Virus record (IMG/VR): IMGVR_UViG_3300047383_000862 | From: an uncultured virus (IMG/VR IMGVR_UViG_3300047383_000862) | Lineage: Duplodnaviria; Heunggongvirae; Uroviricota; Caudoviricetes | Strand: one strand, 5' to 3' | DNA length: 64,000 nt | Shown: positions 8,209 to 20,275 of the stretch, piece by piece | Layout: the number at the start of each line of letters is the position of its first letter | Numbering within the stretch: position 1 is the first letter of the stretch | Translations under genes and position numbers: made by a program | The notes under the pieces: model-generated | The model's database searches: none | Told to the model about the DNA's origin: nothing | What the model saw: only the letters and a program-made list of their open reading frames with translations

Positions 8209-8270
8209 GGAGTGTTCAATGCAGGTGATGACTTACCTCGTCCCGCCTCATCGACGGACTCTATGCCTCC
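8209..8270 (-). ncRNA. putative small three-way-junction RNA with kissing loops
   Basis: GC-rich island in AT-rich spacer; P1, P2, P3 stems and complementary loops GAUGA/UCAUC. Confidence 0.45.
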
Positions 8271-8290
8271 AAATAAATTAATAAAATTTT

Positions 8291-8629
8291 TTATTTAATC
8301 TTATCCTCACTTTCTTGTATAAATGCTTTTATATTTGATAAATTTTCGTTTGCAATTTGTTTATCTTGTAGCATATCATTTATATAGTATTGATTATTAA
8401 AAATATTTCGTACATTCTGCCCATTATTTGTTATTTGATTTATATCATTTTGTACTTTATTTATTACTTCCTCGGCTATATTTATCGCGTCATCCCGAAG
8501 CATCTTGTCGCCCGTATTCGGGTTGACTAACTCGGAGTCGGCACTCAGTTCCGCCCGCATCTTTTTTATTTCTGATCTAATATTTAATATTGTATCAAGT
8601 TTATTATTTATCTCTTTTGCTATTGTCAT
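8291..8629 (-). CDS. hypothetical coiled-coil protein
   Basis: Start moved to MTIAKE downstream of promoter at 8663-8668. Confidence 0.7.
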   Translation of the reverse strand: MTIAKEINNKLDTILNIRSEIKKMRAELSADSELVNPNTGDKMLRDDAINIAEEVINKVQNDINQITNNGQNVRNIFNNQYYINDMLQDKQIANENLSNIKAFIQESEDKIK

Positions 8630-8708
8630 GATGTATATAAGTATAGTATAGAATATAAAACAAGTCAAGTATTAATTATATTTTTCTTTATTTTATAAAA
8701 TTTTTTAT

Positions 8709-8942
8709 TCAATCTTCCTGCACAGGGTAATTCCCTGTTGGATTAAAGAAGGGAAATAGGGTAATCAGATTCGACCCCTCAAAGCTCGCAAACGCTCTTA
8801 TTTGCGGCTCGCCTGTTATTTGGGGCTGATCTATCCATCCGACATCATTTATTTGTTCCTGCATCATTATTTCGGGGAATGTGAAGTCTATATGGTGCTG
8901 AAGGTAACTAACACTATTATCTTTCTCGCTCATCAATACCAT
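8709..8942 (-). CDS. hypothetical protein
   Basis: ORF after promoter TTGACA(8967-8972)/TATAAT; exact start uncertain. Confidence 0.6.
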   Translation of the reverse strand: MVLMSEKDNSVSYLQHHIDFTFPEIMMQEQINDVGWIDQPQITGEPQIRAFASFEGSNLITLFPFFNPTGNYPVQED

Positions 8943-8974
8943 AATTATAATTTAAAGTCTTATTTGTGTCAAGT

Positions 8975-9510
8975 GCATTTTTATTTCGCCCGAATTCAAC
9001 AAAAAATTTAGTATAATTAATTATTATATTTTATTCTATTTTTTTTCATTTTATTTCGCTTTATTTCATTCAAACTTTTATTTAACTAAAACGCAAAAAT
9101 GTATAAAAAAATTTATTAAATTAAGTCGGCTATCTTTCATATTGTTATTTGCAATTATTTGATTAAAATTTATTTGTAGTTTGTTCATTATACTTTATTA
9201 TTTTTCTTATTAAGTTATTTGGCTATATCAAAAAAAATTTAGTTTATTTGTTTCTATTATTTTTGACGCAATTTACAATATTTTAATTTAACTTATATTT
9301 TTATATATTTAAGTCGCGTACCACGCTTACCCACTTTCCCCCACTTCAACCCACTTGCTCTTTATTTTAATCTAAACCTTTATTAATCAATTATTTAAGT
9401 AAAATTCGTTTATCTTTTTATTGTATATATTTGCTATTATGATCTAGTATATAAGTATATAGTTTATTAATGTGGATGGGTAAAGGGATTATATTGTTAA
9501 TTGTATTTGA
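8975..9510. other. long, very AT-rich non-coding region with phased CCCACTT repeats (origin candidate)
   Basis: No ORF; CCAC cores at 9321, 9331, 9341, 9351 (10-bp period). Confidence 0.4.
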
Positions 9511-9512
9511 AA

Positions 9513-9698
9513 TTATTTGGAATTATCAGAAGTATCTTGCTTTATGATATTTAAGAACTCTTCCATTGTGATCTCTTCAGCTTCCTTGCTTGCTTCACCT
9601 ATTGATTGGAGAATGCAACCCTCAATAATAGAATAACCTTCAGTATGCCCCGAAACTTCAATCTCGTTTTCACTATTATTTACTTCCGACATATACAT
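9513..9698 (-). CDS. hypothetical acidic protein
   Basis: ORF overlapping the upstream gene. Confidence 0.6.
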   Translation of the reverse strand: MYMSEVNNSENEIEVSGHTEGYSIIEGCILQSIGEASKEAEEITMEEFLNIIKQDTSDNSK

Positions 9699-10044
9699 TT
9701 TCCTTATCTATTTGTTTTAGTAATTTTATAATAAAATTTTTATCTCTTTCACTAAACATATTATACTCAACCCAAAACTCTGCTCCATCACCTTTTCTAC
9801 GCAATAAAAAATCTTGTCTATCAGATGAGATGTCTATGATAAATGCTTGCTTAAAAGCAAAGACTCCTGTTGGGTAAGATGTGGAAACTTGACTAACAGG
9901 ATTTGCAGTAACTTCTGATATATGAGAATAAAGTATATCATCCCCATCGAAGACTCCCCCTACGGAAACCATAGAGGGAGTCAAGCAACCCGATAGCATT
10001 AACAATAACGATAGGAAAAAAACTATCTTAAATTTTTTGTTCAA
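9676..10044 (-). CDS. lipoprotein with SHD1-like C-terminal domain
   Basis: Lipobox LSGC; LLRRKGDGAEFWVEYNMFSERDKNFI resembles the SHD1 motif. Confidence 0.6.
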   Translation of the reverse strand: MNKKFKIVFFLSLLLMLSGCLTPSMVSVGGVFDGDDILYSHISEVTANPVSQVSTSYPTGVFAFKQAFIIDISSDRQDFLLRRKGDGAEFWVEYNMFSERDKNFIIKLLKQIDKENVYVGSK

Positions 10045-11172
10045 TTAAGAATTCCTCACGACCCTTTTGAGACTAACAGGAACATTTTGCCCGACATCTG
10101 ACTCATGGATTGCATAATCATCCATTACATCAATAATGTCTGCAATATCTGCACAAGTCAATCTTTGGTCTTTGCAGAATCTTAAATCAGCAATATTTTT
10201 AATTAAAACTTTTTCTCCATTCAATAATTTATTACTAACATAAGAATTAACTTTAAATACAAGATCATCTTCATTATCCATTTCATCGTCTTCCCATACA
10301 CCTTGATCGACAAAATCAGATTCATCATCGCAATCATAGTCACAATTTTCATCATCACAACAATCATCATTTGACCCATAAATAGGCTTATTAGCCTCGT
10401 AGATAGGTTTATTTAACTCTTTACGAGTGTCGGTAATATCAGATATAACCTTGTACTTAGAAACACGCAATTTCTGAAAATCGCAATCAGTTGGCACTGA
10501 AACTGCATCAGCAGGATCAAATTCAACAACGAGCAACCTACCATCTGCTCCTGCCCAACCATCAGCATAATCATATGAGCCGACATGAAGACCGAAAGAA
10601 CAATGGTTGTCCTTATTATCATCTACACATCTGCGAGCGACCTCGATAGTTGCACCAACCTCATTGAGAATTTGGTGACGATCATTGGTTTTGCCTTGCA
10701 ATACGATTGTATCGGCATTGCCTGTTGAACTCCAAAAGTCTTTCTGAACACCTTTGTAGCCCAAGACCTTACCTTCGGGAGTGTTTGGCAATGACTTGTA
10801 GCTCATAAAAGAATACAACTCATTAACTGAATTTGCACTTGGATTTGACTGCAAGCGAGTAATAAAGTTTGTAAGAGGAGCAGAATCCCTCATTCCTGCA
10901 CGAAGCATTTCGAGTAGTTTTTCAACAACAACACCATGCAAGCGATGTCCTTTGTAGAAAACAACTTCATCTCTGACTTCAATATCACCCTCGACAAAAT
11001 TCTCAACTGCCTTGGTAATATCAATCAAATCTCCGAGATCATCATATCTTGCTTCCAAGATTGCTTGCTTGGCAAGTTTAAAGTTTACATGATCTTTACG
11101 CAAGGTATATGGTTTGCCTTCCCAAAAGATAGTGAGTGAATTTTCTGTGAGTTGATATGGTACTTGATTCAT
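10045..11172 (-). CDS. rIIB: rIIB-like protein
   Basis: NPSANSVNELYSF, VLGYKGV, CSFGLHVGS and DAVSVPTD..KLRVSKY motifs; directly downstream of rIIA. Confidence 0.85.
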   Translation of the reverse strand: MNQVPYQLTENSLTIFWEGKPYTLRKDHVNFKLAKQAILEARYDDLGDLIDITKAVENFVEGDIEVRDEVVFYKGHRLHGVVVEKLLEMLRAGMRDSAPLTNFITRLQSNPSANSVNELYSFMSYKSLPNTPEGKVLGYKGVQKDFWSSTGNADTIVLQGKTNDRHQILNEVGATIEVARRCVDDNKDNHCSFGLHVGSYDYADGWAGADGRLLVVEFDPADAVSVPTDCDFQKLRVSKYKVISDITDTRKELNKPIYEANKPIYGSNDDCCDDENCDYDCDDESDFVDQGVWEDDEMDNEDDLVFKVNSYVSNKLLNGEKVLIKNIADLRFCKDQRLTCADIADIIDVMDDYAIHESDVGQNVPVSLKRVVRNS

Positions 11173-11267
11173 AATTTTTTCCTTTTTGAATTGTTAATAT
11201 ATATAATACTAATTAAATTTACAGATATTGTCAAGTTTTTTTCTTAAAATAAATGGGGAAGAGGCAT

Positions 11268-13556
11268 TTAAGCCCCAACCCCATCACACAAGGAAATATA
11301 TTCTAAGATAGTTTGATTAGTTACATTCTTGTCATTATCTTGCTTTAGATTTACCCAAGAATTAATATGATTTGCGACAATTTTAAGTAAAGGATAATTT
11401 TTATTAAGTAATTTAAAGTCTTGCATAACTGATTCTGCATCGACTTTCGTATCTAATACATCATCTAACCATGCTTGATCGCCTAGACTAACTACATTGA
11501 TTGCAACATTAAATTTACGATCACTTGTAGACTCTTCCATAAAAAGCTTCCAATTTTCTGCACAACGAGCAAATAAATGATTGTCATCGAGCGTAGAAAT
11601 ATCAAATGTATTATTAGTAAACAATTGACCATAATTCCAACGATATTCACTGAAGTTATTATTAGAAGATTTTTGGAATTGAATTACATTGTATGCTGAT
11701 TGACATTCTTTCTTGTTTTTGCGAATGATGTTTTTGCAATAGTCAAGATAAAAATCAAAGAATGATACCCATGTACTTTTGTCTAATTTCTTTACATCAC
11801 CTGCACGAACACCGAATAATTGAAGATTTTTTTCGTCTGAATTATCTTCAGCTTTTTGGCGAATACCTCTAGCGATTTTGTAAACTCTGTCAAGATCATA
11901 AGATTCACTATCAACTTTGTAGTTCTTGATTGGAACATAAATGATTTTACCATTGACAGAACCTTCAACTTCATTTAGCTCAAGTGAATTGATTGGTTCG
12001 TTGACATTTTGCCAATAATCTGCATTACGACTACCATATCCTTTATCAGTCCTCATCTTGAATAATGGAATAGAAGCACGACTTGTACCCGAAACTTTAT
12101 TGCGAACAATTTTTTCTTTATCTACTTGAGAAGAATATCTCTTATGTTTTGCGTCAACAAGATCGAATTGCCAATTATCATAAACTTCTGCTTTACCACA
12201 TTCGCTAGTAGGATGAACAACATAAACACCTTTAAGGTCGGACAAATCATTCATCAAAGTGCGAACTCTAAGATTGTTACCATGAGAAGAATCAATGTCT
12301 TGCATCATTATAAGATAATTGTCTTGACAATAAATGCGATTTGTTTTAGTAGCCCTTACCTTGAAACCATTGCGAGAATCTTTATCTTCAATTTTCTCGT
12401 AATCAGTAATCAAAAGATCGTCTTGAAGTTGATAATCTCTTTGAAATGTAGAATCTGTAATTTTGATGCCATTCCACTCGAAGCTATTCTCGAATACTCC
12501 TCTTACTTGATAAGGTAAAGCATTAATAACTAGAGCATAGTTTCTCTTTGCATCCCACAAATCTTCACTATCGGCAAGTTTTTCTTTTGCAATAGTTTGA
12601 ATATCTTGACTGACTTTGTAGAGAATCGCACAAATTTCTTTTTGAGTTGCTTTGTTGTATTCTAGCGACTCACGACTATGATGCAATCTTACTGAACCAA
12701 GAGGCACACGAAAGTAAAAATTACTTTGTTGTAAAAGTTGTTGAACTATTCTGCGAGAACTTTCATTGGACACAAAATTTTCTACATTTATTGCGTTTGG
12801 ATCAATAGGATAAGCAACTCTACCCATAAGAACATGAGAGTAATAATTATAACCATATCCCCGATTCTCGTCTTCCGCAAAGAACCATTCATCAGTTTTA
12901 CTTGATAAAACTTTTTTAGGAGTTTGTATAAAGTCTTCTTCAACTCCGAGAAATTTTGGCATATCAGAGTTAGAAAAGAAACGAAAGAAATTTTGCACAA
13001 CATTTCTAAACTCTTTGCGATCATCTTCTGCGACTGCAACTTCAATACTTAAACCTGTTGGTTCATTGCTTGGTTCTTCAAACAACTTTGTGATTTTAGT
13101 ATCGTCATTCTCATCGACAAATACATTGTAAGAAGTTTTTGTTCCATTATGAAAAGAAACGCAAGTAAAGTTGTCACCATAAGAAAGTGGAGCAAATTTA
13201 CCGATACCGAAAGCACCGATATAATTGTTAGATGTACGCTTGGTTGATTTACCATACTTGGAGTAAAGACCGAAAACATCTTCTTGACTAAGTCCACCCC
13301 CGAAATCACGAACTGCAAATGTTGGATTCATGGCGGTTGGCAACTTAATTTCGATTGGGCGATTTACTCCTGCTTCAGTATTGGCATCGAGTGCGTTAGC
13401 ACTAATCTCACGAACGACTGCAAGACGAGTATTGGAATAATTGTTGCGAAGAAGAGATGCAACATAACGCATATCTTCGGCATCAATCGTGCAATTTACT
13501 TGCTCGAAATCGTGAGAACTTACTACTTCTTTAGATTTGTTTTGTGTGATAATCAT
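11268..13556 (-). CDS. rIIA: rIIA-like protein with N-terminal GHKL ATPase domain
   Basis: YSNTRLAVVREISANALDA, VRDFGGGLS, YGKSTK, IGAFGIGKFAP and SRESLEY motifs. Confidence 0.88.
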   Translation of the reverse strand: MIITQNKSKEVVSSHDFEQVNCTIDAEDMRYVASLLRNNYSNTRLAVVREISANALDANTEAGVNRPIEIKLPTAMNPTFAVRDFGGGLSQEDVFGLYSKYGKSTKRTSNNYIGAFGIGKFAPLSYGDNFTCVSFHNGTKTSYNVFVDENDDTKITKLFEEPSNEPTGLSIEVAVAEDDRKEFRNVVQNFFRFFSNSDMPKFLGVEEDFIQTPKKVLSSKTDEWFFAEDENRGYGYNYYSHVLMGRVAYPIDPNAINVENFVSNESSRRIVQQLLQQSNFYFRVPLGSVRLHHSRESLEYNKATQKEICAILYKVSQDIQTIAKEKLADSEDLWDAKRNYALVINALPYQVRGVFENSFEWNGIKITDSTFQRDYQLQDDLLITDYEKIEDKDSRNGFKVRATKTNRIYCQDNYLIMMQDIDSSHGNNLRVRTLMNDLSDLKGVYVVHPTSECGKAEVYDNWQFDLVDAKHKRYSSQVDKEKIVRNKVSGTSRASIPLFKMRTDKGYGSRNADYWQNVNEPINSLELNEVEGSVNGKIIYVPIKNYKVDSESYDLDRVYKIARGIRQKAEDNSDEKNLQLFGVRAGDVKKLDKSTWVSFFDFYLDYCKNIIRKNKKECQSAYNVIQFQKSSNNNFSEYRWNYGQLFTNNTFDISTLDDNHLFARCAENWKLFMEESTSDRKFNVAINVVSLGDQAWLDDVLDTKVDAESVMQDFKLLNKNYPLLKIVANHINSWVNLKQDNDKNVTNQTILEYISLCDGVGA

Positions 13557-15315
13557 TTTTTTCCTTGTGTTAAATTAAACTATGATAAAATACTAGAGTA
13601 TGTTGATTGAGATGTCAACACTTTTTTTAAGAAAGTTCATTTGCCACTCTAAGCAACTGATTTAGACAACCAATTTCTAGTATGTGCATTTGCTCTTCCT
13701 CTTGTGTGCTGATAGGATAATTCTTAATGTCTGAAATTTTTTGTTCAATAAGCTCTATAATCTCGTTCACTTGGCTAGTCTCCTTTCTTGAGCTTTTCTG
13801 ACTTTTGGTCGAACCATACAACCCTTGTTTGTTAGAGACTCCACAAGAGGTTGATTTCCTGTATGAGAGGTTTTTTTGCCCATTGGCGAATTTTGTGCTT
13901 TATCTATTGCTTTTTTGCTCATAATATTATTTGATTAATTTTTTTGTTAAATTATCTTGAACCCCCATTTATATTTTCTAGCTTATTATATTCCACTTCT
14001 CTAAGTTTACTTGCTCTAATTTCTTCTTCAATTAAATTGTGAATGTTAGTTGTATCTTCTATTGCAGTACCGAAATACATATCAATTAAATCTGCGACTT
14101 GATCAACACACTCATATAAGCGATATTGATCTCCACCATTTTGTGGAACATTAAAACTGATTTTTTCTGTTATGTAATTCATGTCGATATTTTTCCCTTT
14201 TGTAAACATATAGTTATTAATATGTCGATACTATAACTCTTTTTTGCTCCATGTGTCAACAACTAAATTCATTTGCTCTGATAAAGTTGCATCTTCACTA
14301 ATTGGTTTGAGATGAACGCTAATCTTATCTTCGTAATCAGTATCATCAGTTGGTAAAAAGTGAAGAGTTGACATTTCTCCATCGAGAATAGCTTGAATGT
14401 CGCTTGGAGTCAAGCCTATTTCTACATTATATTCTTTAGCAATATTCATTTAAGTAAATTCCTTCTGTAATTAATTCATCTTCTGTAAACTCCATTGGTT
14501 CTTCCCACTCCTCATCGTGCAACCAATAAGTGCCTGTGTAGGAATCGTACCAAAATTTTTCTTCAATAGTATTATCTTCGTATATATAATTAATGTTCAT
14601 GCTATAAATCTAAAGTGTTTTTGTTGTGATGTCAAGAGTTATTTTCGTATTGGTCAATTAAATCTTCTAAATCCCATTCAGTATATTCTTTAATTAATTT
14701 TTTAAAATCTCCATCTACATAAGTTGCTCCACCTGTGCCATCATTGCATATTTCCACATCTTTAATATTGGTTTTGCATTGATAACCAACTCCCTTGTTT
14801 GTTTCAAAATATCTAACGCTTGTTACTTTCATAATTCTAATTCCTTTGTGATTGTTATATCTAATACCCCCCAATTCATTTGAGTATCAACATTAAAACC
14901 TAAATCAATTAGCTTGTCAACAATAGAATGTCTATGATTCCAAATATCTTTATCCCAACTATAATGGTCGCAAGTAGAAAATGATGATGAGCCTTTTTCA
15001 GCTACCCTTTCTACATGATACTCAATGTTTTTATTTAATTTTTCTTTTAACTCATTCATTGTATATATTCCCTTTCTTGTAAATATTCTTTAAAATTAAC
15101 TTTAAACTCACTTAACCAATGTGGATCAACTGCACATTCTGCGAGTATTTCCCAAGGATCACCTAAATAGTTGTCAATGTCAACATCATAATAGAATTTT
15201 ATTTGATCTACTAATGGCATATCTTTTATATATTCTTCGTATGTTGGTAATTCCATGATTACATTATCGTAATATTCGCACTCATCTTCGTTTGTGCCAT
15301 CGTATATTGGTTGTT

Positions 15316-15525
15316 TCATTTTATTTCCTCGCAACTCAAAACTCCTCTATCTCCATGAGTATGATCGCCTTGATATTTAGTTAAATTATGATTGTAAAAA
15401 AGATCTTGACAACCATGTTCATTAAGTAATTCTTCCGCAATTTCTTCTGCTTCGTCTACATTTTTAGCTTCAACTACAATGTATCCACCAATTTCTTCTG
15501 TTATTGATAATTTGTATTTTTTCAT
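15316..15525 (-). CDS. small protein with VEAxxxxEA motif (DpnD/PcfM-like)
   Basis: MKKYKLSITE...VVEAKNVDEAEEIA. Confidence 0.6.
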   Translation of the reverse strand: MKKYKLSITEEIGGYIVVEAKNVDEAEEIAEELLNEHGCQDLFYNHNLTKYQGDHTHGDRGVLSCEEIK

Positions 15526-16342
15526 ATTGTTAAACTAGGTTGATTTGCATGATATGTCAAGCATTTTATTGTGTTATTGATAAAAAGTTAGTATTTGAGT
15601 GTCAAAACTATTATTCTGCGTCTTTTATCATGCTTTTATTGTAATCTGCCCCCTGCATCTAATACATTGCGAAGACAACTTGATTGCCCTGCTCTTGCAG
15701 TAACCTTCTTGGCATACTCAAACGCACTAGGATCGCTGAATGTCTGCATGACCATAGTAGATTTGTCAAGATAAACATTAAGACCCTTCTTTGGGATTGA
15801 GTTTGCTATCTTCTCTGCATGAGAGATTGATTGTTCAATACTTGCTAGGAATGCTTCTGTTGTGTTCATGTTATAATACTAGATTGATCTTTCTTGGTTG
15901 TCAATACTATTTTACATATTTTTTAATTTCATTATTTTTTATGTCCAATTCGCTCTCTATAAGTTCTGCAACATTTTCACTAACAGATATTTCGTGATCT
16001 TTGGATAGAGTATTTAATAATTGAACTAAATTTTTTCCCGTATTATCTCTACCTTCATTTCCTACTAGAAATAGATTATCTTTGTTCATTAAAATAAGAT
16101 CATCTATTTTAATTAAGATATGATTTATGTTATCTGAACTACCTCTTATTCCTAGTTGTATTTTCATTATTTATCCCCCCAAAATCCACAAACGCAAGGT
16201 TTATCTGAAACTTTGTCAAATAAACTAAATAATATTTTTTGATTATTAAATATTTTTTGTGCCAACGAATTTATTTGGTCGTCACTTAGTTGATCGTCTA
16301 TTTCATAAAGAAAATTTTGTATTTCTATTTCTGTTATCATAA

Positions 16343-16660
16343 TTAATATTTTATATTTACTCCACCCTCAACATAATTTGGTTCACGCTTCATCCATTCG
16401 GGTAGTTTTAACCTTTTTACTTTAGCGTATTCTCTAATAAAAAATTGGAAAGCAATTTCATCATCATTTAATTGTGCTTTTCTTATTTCTTCTAAATACA
16501 TTTTCTCTTCCATCTTGTATGCTTCATCTAAAGATAATATATAATCTATTTCTCCCTGCATCTCAACAGAACGAGAGAGTTTTGTATCTTGAGGTTTAAG
16601 ATTAGATGAGTGATTGCACCCTACTAAGACCAATATCAATAATAAACTCACCTGTTTCAT
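16343..16660 (-). CDS. putative lipoprotein
   Basis: Signal peptide ending in LVGC. Confidence 0.7.
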   Translation of the reverse strand: MKQVSLLLILVLVGCNHSSNLKPQDTKLSRSVEMQGEIDYILSLDEAYKMEEKMYLEEIRKAQLNDDEIAFQFFIREYAKVKRLKLPEWMKREPNYVEGGVNIKY

Positions 16661-17756
16661 AAATATTTTATTTTAAAACCAAGATCAGTCAAGCATAAGA
16701 GATCAACTCTGTCAAGACTTTTTCTGCGGGTTAATAGATTAAGATTTTCGGCATGGTCAGAGACGACAACCCATAAACTATCTTTCCTATTCTTGTATTT
16801 TTTTTCTTTAACTATAATTTCAGTTTGCATAATATAAACATTGTTGAATGTACTTGTCTAAGCCTTTCACTTGTTTCTTAGCTTTCAATGGCAATCTTCG
16901 ACTAAGGTAATGATTGACTTTATTTTTAAATGAAATTATATCTCGTAATTGATTGGTTGAAAACCTGCTTTGATGCAAATCAACCAAATCCTCAAGATCA
17001 AATAACATTTCATAAACTGCATTTGCTTCGGCTTGATACTTCATGACTATAATTATGATGAAGCTCCACCAACTTGTCAACACTATTTTTCAAAAAGTTT
17101 TTGTTTAACCTCTTCAAGCAACGCAACATCTCTTGCTTCTTCGATGTAATCATATTCCTTGAGAATTAGTTCGTATTTAAAGAGCATTGCATCTAATTTT
17201 TCTTGCATTAGTTTTGTTGCATCTGCAAAACCTGCATCGTAATCGTCCATTATTATTTTATTGTTTGATGACATTCTATTATTGTTTGTATTATTGTCTT
17301 GCTTAGTAACTATTAAGGCAGATATAAAAGCGAATATTAAATTAATTAAATATAACCCAAGTAAAAAATAAAAGAACAAGGGCATAGCATTGCCTTATTT
17401 AACTTTATTAAATTTGCTTTGCAATAAATTTAACTTATCGGTATTTGTTTTTTCATTTATCTCATTATAAATTAAACCTAATTGAAATAAAATGTCATTT
17501 AATTGCTGAACATCAAATTTATCTATATCGCAATATTGACTTAATGTCTCTAACCCTATTACTTGATTATGTATTTGCCTACATATTAAAAGCAATTCAT
17601 TTTGATTTTGCAATTCTTCTTCCTGCTCTTCCATATATATAATTACACATATAATTTAATGTAGTTAGTCCATACTTGTCACAATGTACAAGAATAATAA
17701 AATTAAAACGCATCCTGTTATCATATTTAAAACATAAAAAATTTCGGGTAAATTAG

Positions 17757-18377
17757 TCATGCTACTAATAAATCTTCTTCAACTAATTCACCATTCTTTG
17801 AGGGAACGACAACATCAACAAGAAAATCTCTGATCATTTCTGTTATTTGAATTACCTCATGGAATTCATCAAAATCCATAGCATTAGCATCACCCTGTCC
17901 ACCATAACACATACGATAACCTTCTCGTAATGGAGCAGTTTTGCCTGTGCTTGTCTTGATCCAATTACCTGTTGTGGCACATTTATCCCATGTAAAATTA
18001 CTATGAAAAGAATTAAGATAAACCAATACATCGAGATGACCTTTTAGGTTGTCAACACTATCTTTTCGTTCTGTCCAATCAATAAAGTCAATATTAGCAG
18101 ATGGAAAGTCATCCTTTACATCTTTTAATTGAACCATAACACCTTTGTAGTTTTCTTTGGTATAATATGTATATGGTTTTGCATTTGCATAAGGGCTTGG
18201 TTGAGTTGCCTTGTGACCTGTGCGTTCACACATTTTTTGGTCACGATCACCTTTACTCTTCCATGATAAGATATGTTCAGAAGGCAAAACTTTTTTGACT
18301 AATTGATTGCTTTTGAAGATGACATTTTCGGGCGACCATGTTTTCCAACGGACATTTGTATTTGTAAAATAATTCAT
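17757..18377 (-). CDS. hypothetical protein
   Basis: 206-aa ORF with AAGGA SD and promoter at 18432-18437. Confidence 0.8.
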   Translation of the reverse strand: MNYFTNTNVRWKTWSPENVIFKSNQLVKKVLPSEHILSWKSKGDRDQKMCERTGHKATQPSPYANAKPYTYYTKENYKGVMVQLKDVKDDFPSANIDFIDWTERKDSVDNLKGHLDVLVYLNSFHSNFTWDKCATTGNWIKTSTGKTAPLREGYRMCYGGQGDANAMDFDEFHEVIQITEMIRDFLVDVVVPSKNGELVEEDLLVA

Positions 18378-19448
18378 TTTTCTTCCTTTGTTAATTGTTA
18401 ATTATTTAATACTGGCAGGTTTTTTAATCTTTGTCAAGATTTAATTCTTCGGGTAAAGTAAAATTTTCAAAATGATGCCCGAAAACTCGATAGAATTTAT
18501 TAACCATATCTACTGCGTCAAGCACTTCTTGGTTATTTTCTCCTAAAGCTGAAGATTCTGCTTCATTTAAGACTAATTCGATTGCTTCTTTTAATTTCAT
18601 ATTATAAAGTATCAAGTAAAATTACATCGCACATCCATGTAAGAAAGTTTCTAGTTTCATAATTAAATCTTTTCTCGTCATATTTAAAAAATTCTTCGTA
18701 TTCCAAGAGCAAATTGTATCTATCGCCAATTTCACTCGCACATTCTTTCGATAAATCATCTATTGAATCGGATAATAGACGATCTATTAATTTAAAACCA
18801 CATTCTATTTCTTTTGTATAGTCCATGATAAAACAATAGTGATGATTGGATTATTTGTCAACCAAAAAGATTGTGCCACTCATCTTTTATCTCAATGTCG
18901 GGCGTTTCGTTTAACCCAACGCAACCATCGAGTAGTAAATTCATTATGTCGGAAACATTCATATTCATTGCTTCTGCTTCCGCAATGTCATCACGCATAT
19001 CGTTAACTGATAGTTCTTCATCGTCTTCCCTTATTTGCCTTTTTGTTGTTCTCATATTTTATTTTCCTTCTTGCGTTCCTACTATCAATAACTTAATATC
19101 TTCGCCATCTCCTGTCAAGCCTAATTCTTCGGCAACTTGCCCAAAAATAGCACCATCTTCGGGAGTAATGCTGATCCAAGCACAATTTCCATGATCATTA
19201 GAAATCACATCCCATTCGTGTTCAAGTAATCTAGCTTTTTGATATTTAGTTAATTTCATATTTTTTCTAATAATTCTAATTTTCTATATAATTTATCTAA
19301 CGAGTTTTCTAAATGTATAATATGCTCTTCTTCGTCTGAAGCATTGCGACAATACCATTCAAGCTCTTCCTCTAATTCATCAATAAAATTATGAGTATCT
19401 TTTAATTCTTGGATTGACTCTGCTTCTAATTTTAATCCACTTAATGCT

Positions 19449-19673
19449 TTATTGTTCATCGAGTTTTTTCCAATCAACTTCATCCGCTTTTATTTTCCAA
19501 GCAATTTCTCCATTCGTAGGATCAGCATATTCAATATTAAAATCACAATCGTCAAGAGTTTTGTATGGATCATACTCTCTTACTATTTGTTCTGCTTCAT
19601 CTCGACTTTCTGCCTCAACATAAAAGCAATTAATTATTTTAACTCCAACGCAATATTCTCTTTTCTTACTCAT
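19449..19673 (-). CDS. small protein with VEAxxxxEA motif (DpnD/PcfM-like)
   Basis: FYVEAESRDEAEQIV. Confidence 0.6.
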   Translation of the reverse strand: MSKKREYCVGVKIINCFYVEAESRDEAEQIVREYDPYKTLDDCDFNIEYADPTNGEIAWKIKADEVDWKKLDEQ

Positions 19674-20275
19674 GCTTTTTTATTTTTGTAGTATTCTTGA
19701 TCTAGTAAATCGTCTAGTAAATGTACAATGCCCCAACCTAATTCTCTATCTAGTGGAACAGGTTGATCTTCCCGCTCTTCAGCAGGTTTAAAATCATGCC
19801 ATAAAATAGATAACAAGTGATCTCTTTGTTTTTCTAATAATTGATAGTCAATGTTCATTGTATTTGTTGTTCCATTTCCATGATTTGGTCTTGGGTGAGT
19901 TCTCCTTTGATTTTACTCCCCCAATATAATGGCTCGTCATCATTTAAATCACAAGCAATTTCTATATTTGTAACATTGTGCCATGCTTCATCTGCATAGG
20001 TACTACCATCTTTATTCAAGCTTGGTCTTTTAAATCTTTTATTGCAATTATTTTTAATGTGCCTATCAATAATTTCAATGTCATCAGCAATGCAAGATAA
20101 GCGATGTCTAAGCTCAAAATTTTCTTTCATTAACCTTTCGACATTTTGCTTGTTAATCTCACTCTCTACTTCTGTGAGATAAGTGAAAGCGTCTGTTTTT
20201 TGCCTTTCTGCAAGAGTAAGGTTTACTGAATCTTCGTAAGTTGGATAATCGTCTCCTATAATTTCTTTCATTTTA

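Larger units (their letters stand above)
13627..17634 (-). other. block of small hypothetical early genes (13952-14209, 14231-14449, 14632-14832, 14829-15059, 15056-15319, 15636-15869, 15907-16167, 16820-17044, 17083-17385, 17395-17634 and others)
   Basis: Tightly packed co-oriented short ORFs, several with their own TTGAC promoter. Confidence 0.7.

Noticed and set aside
8209..8270. Hammerhead ribozyme reading of the small RNA (GAUGA core)
   Set aside because: Lacks the CUGAUGA and GAAA conserved core in the right arrangement.
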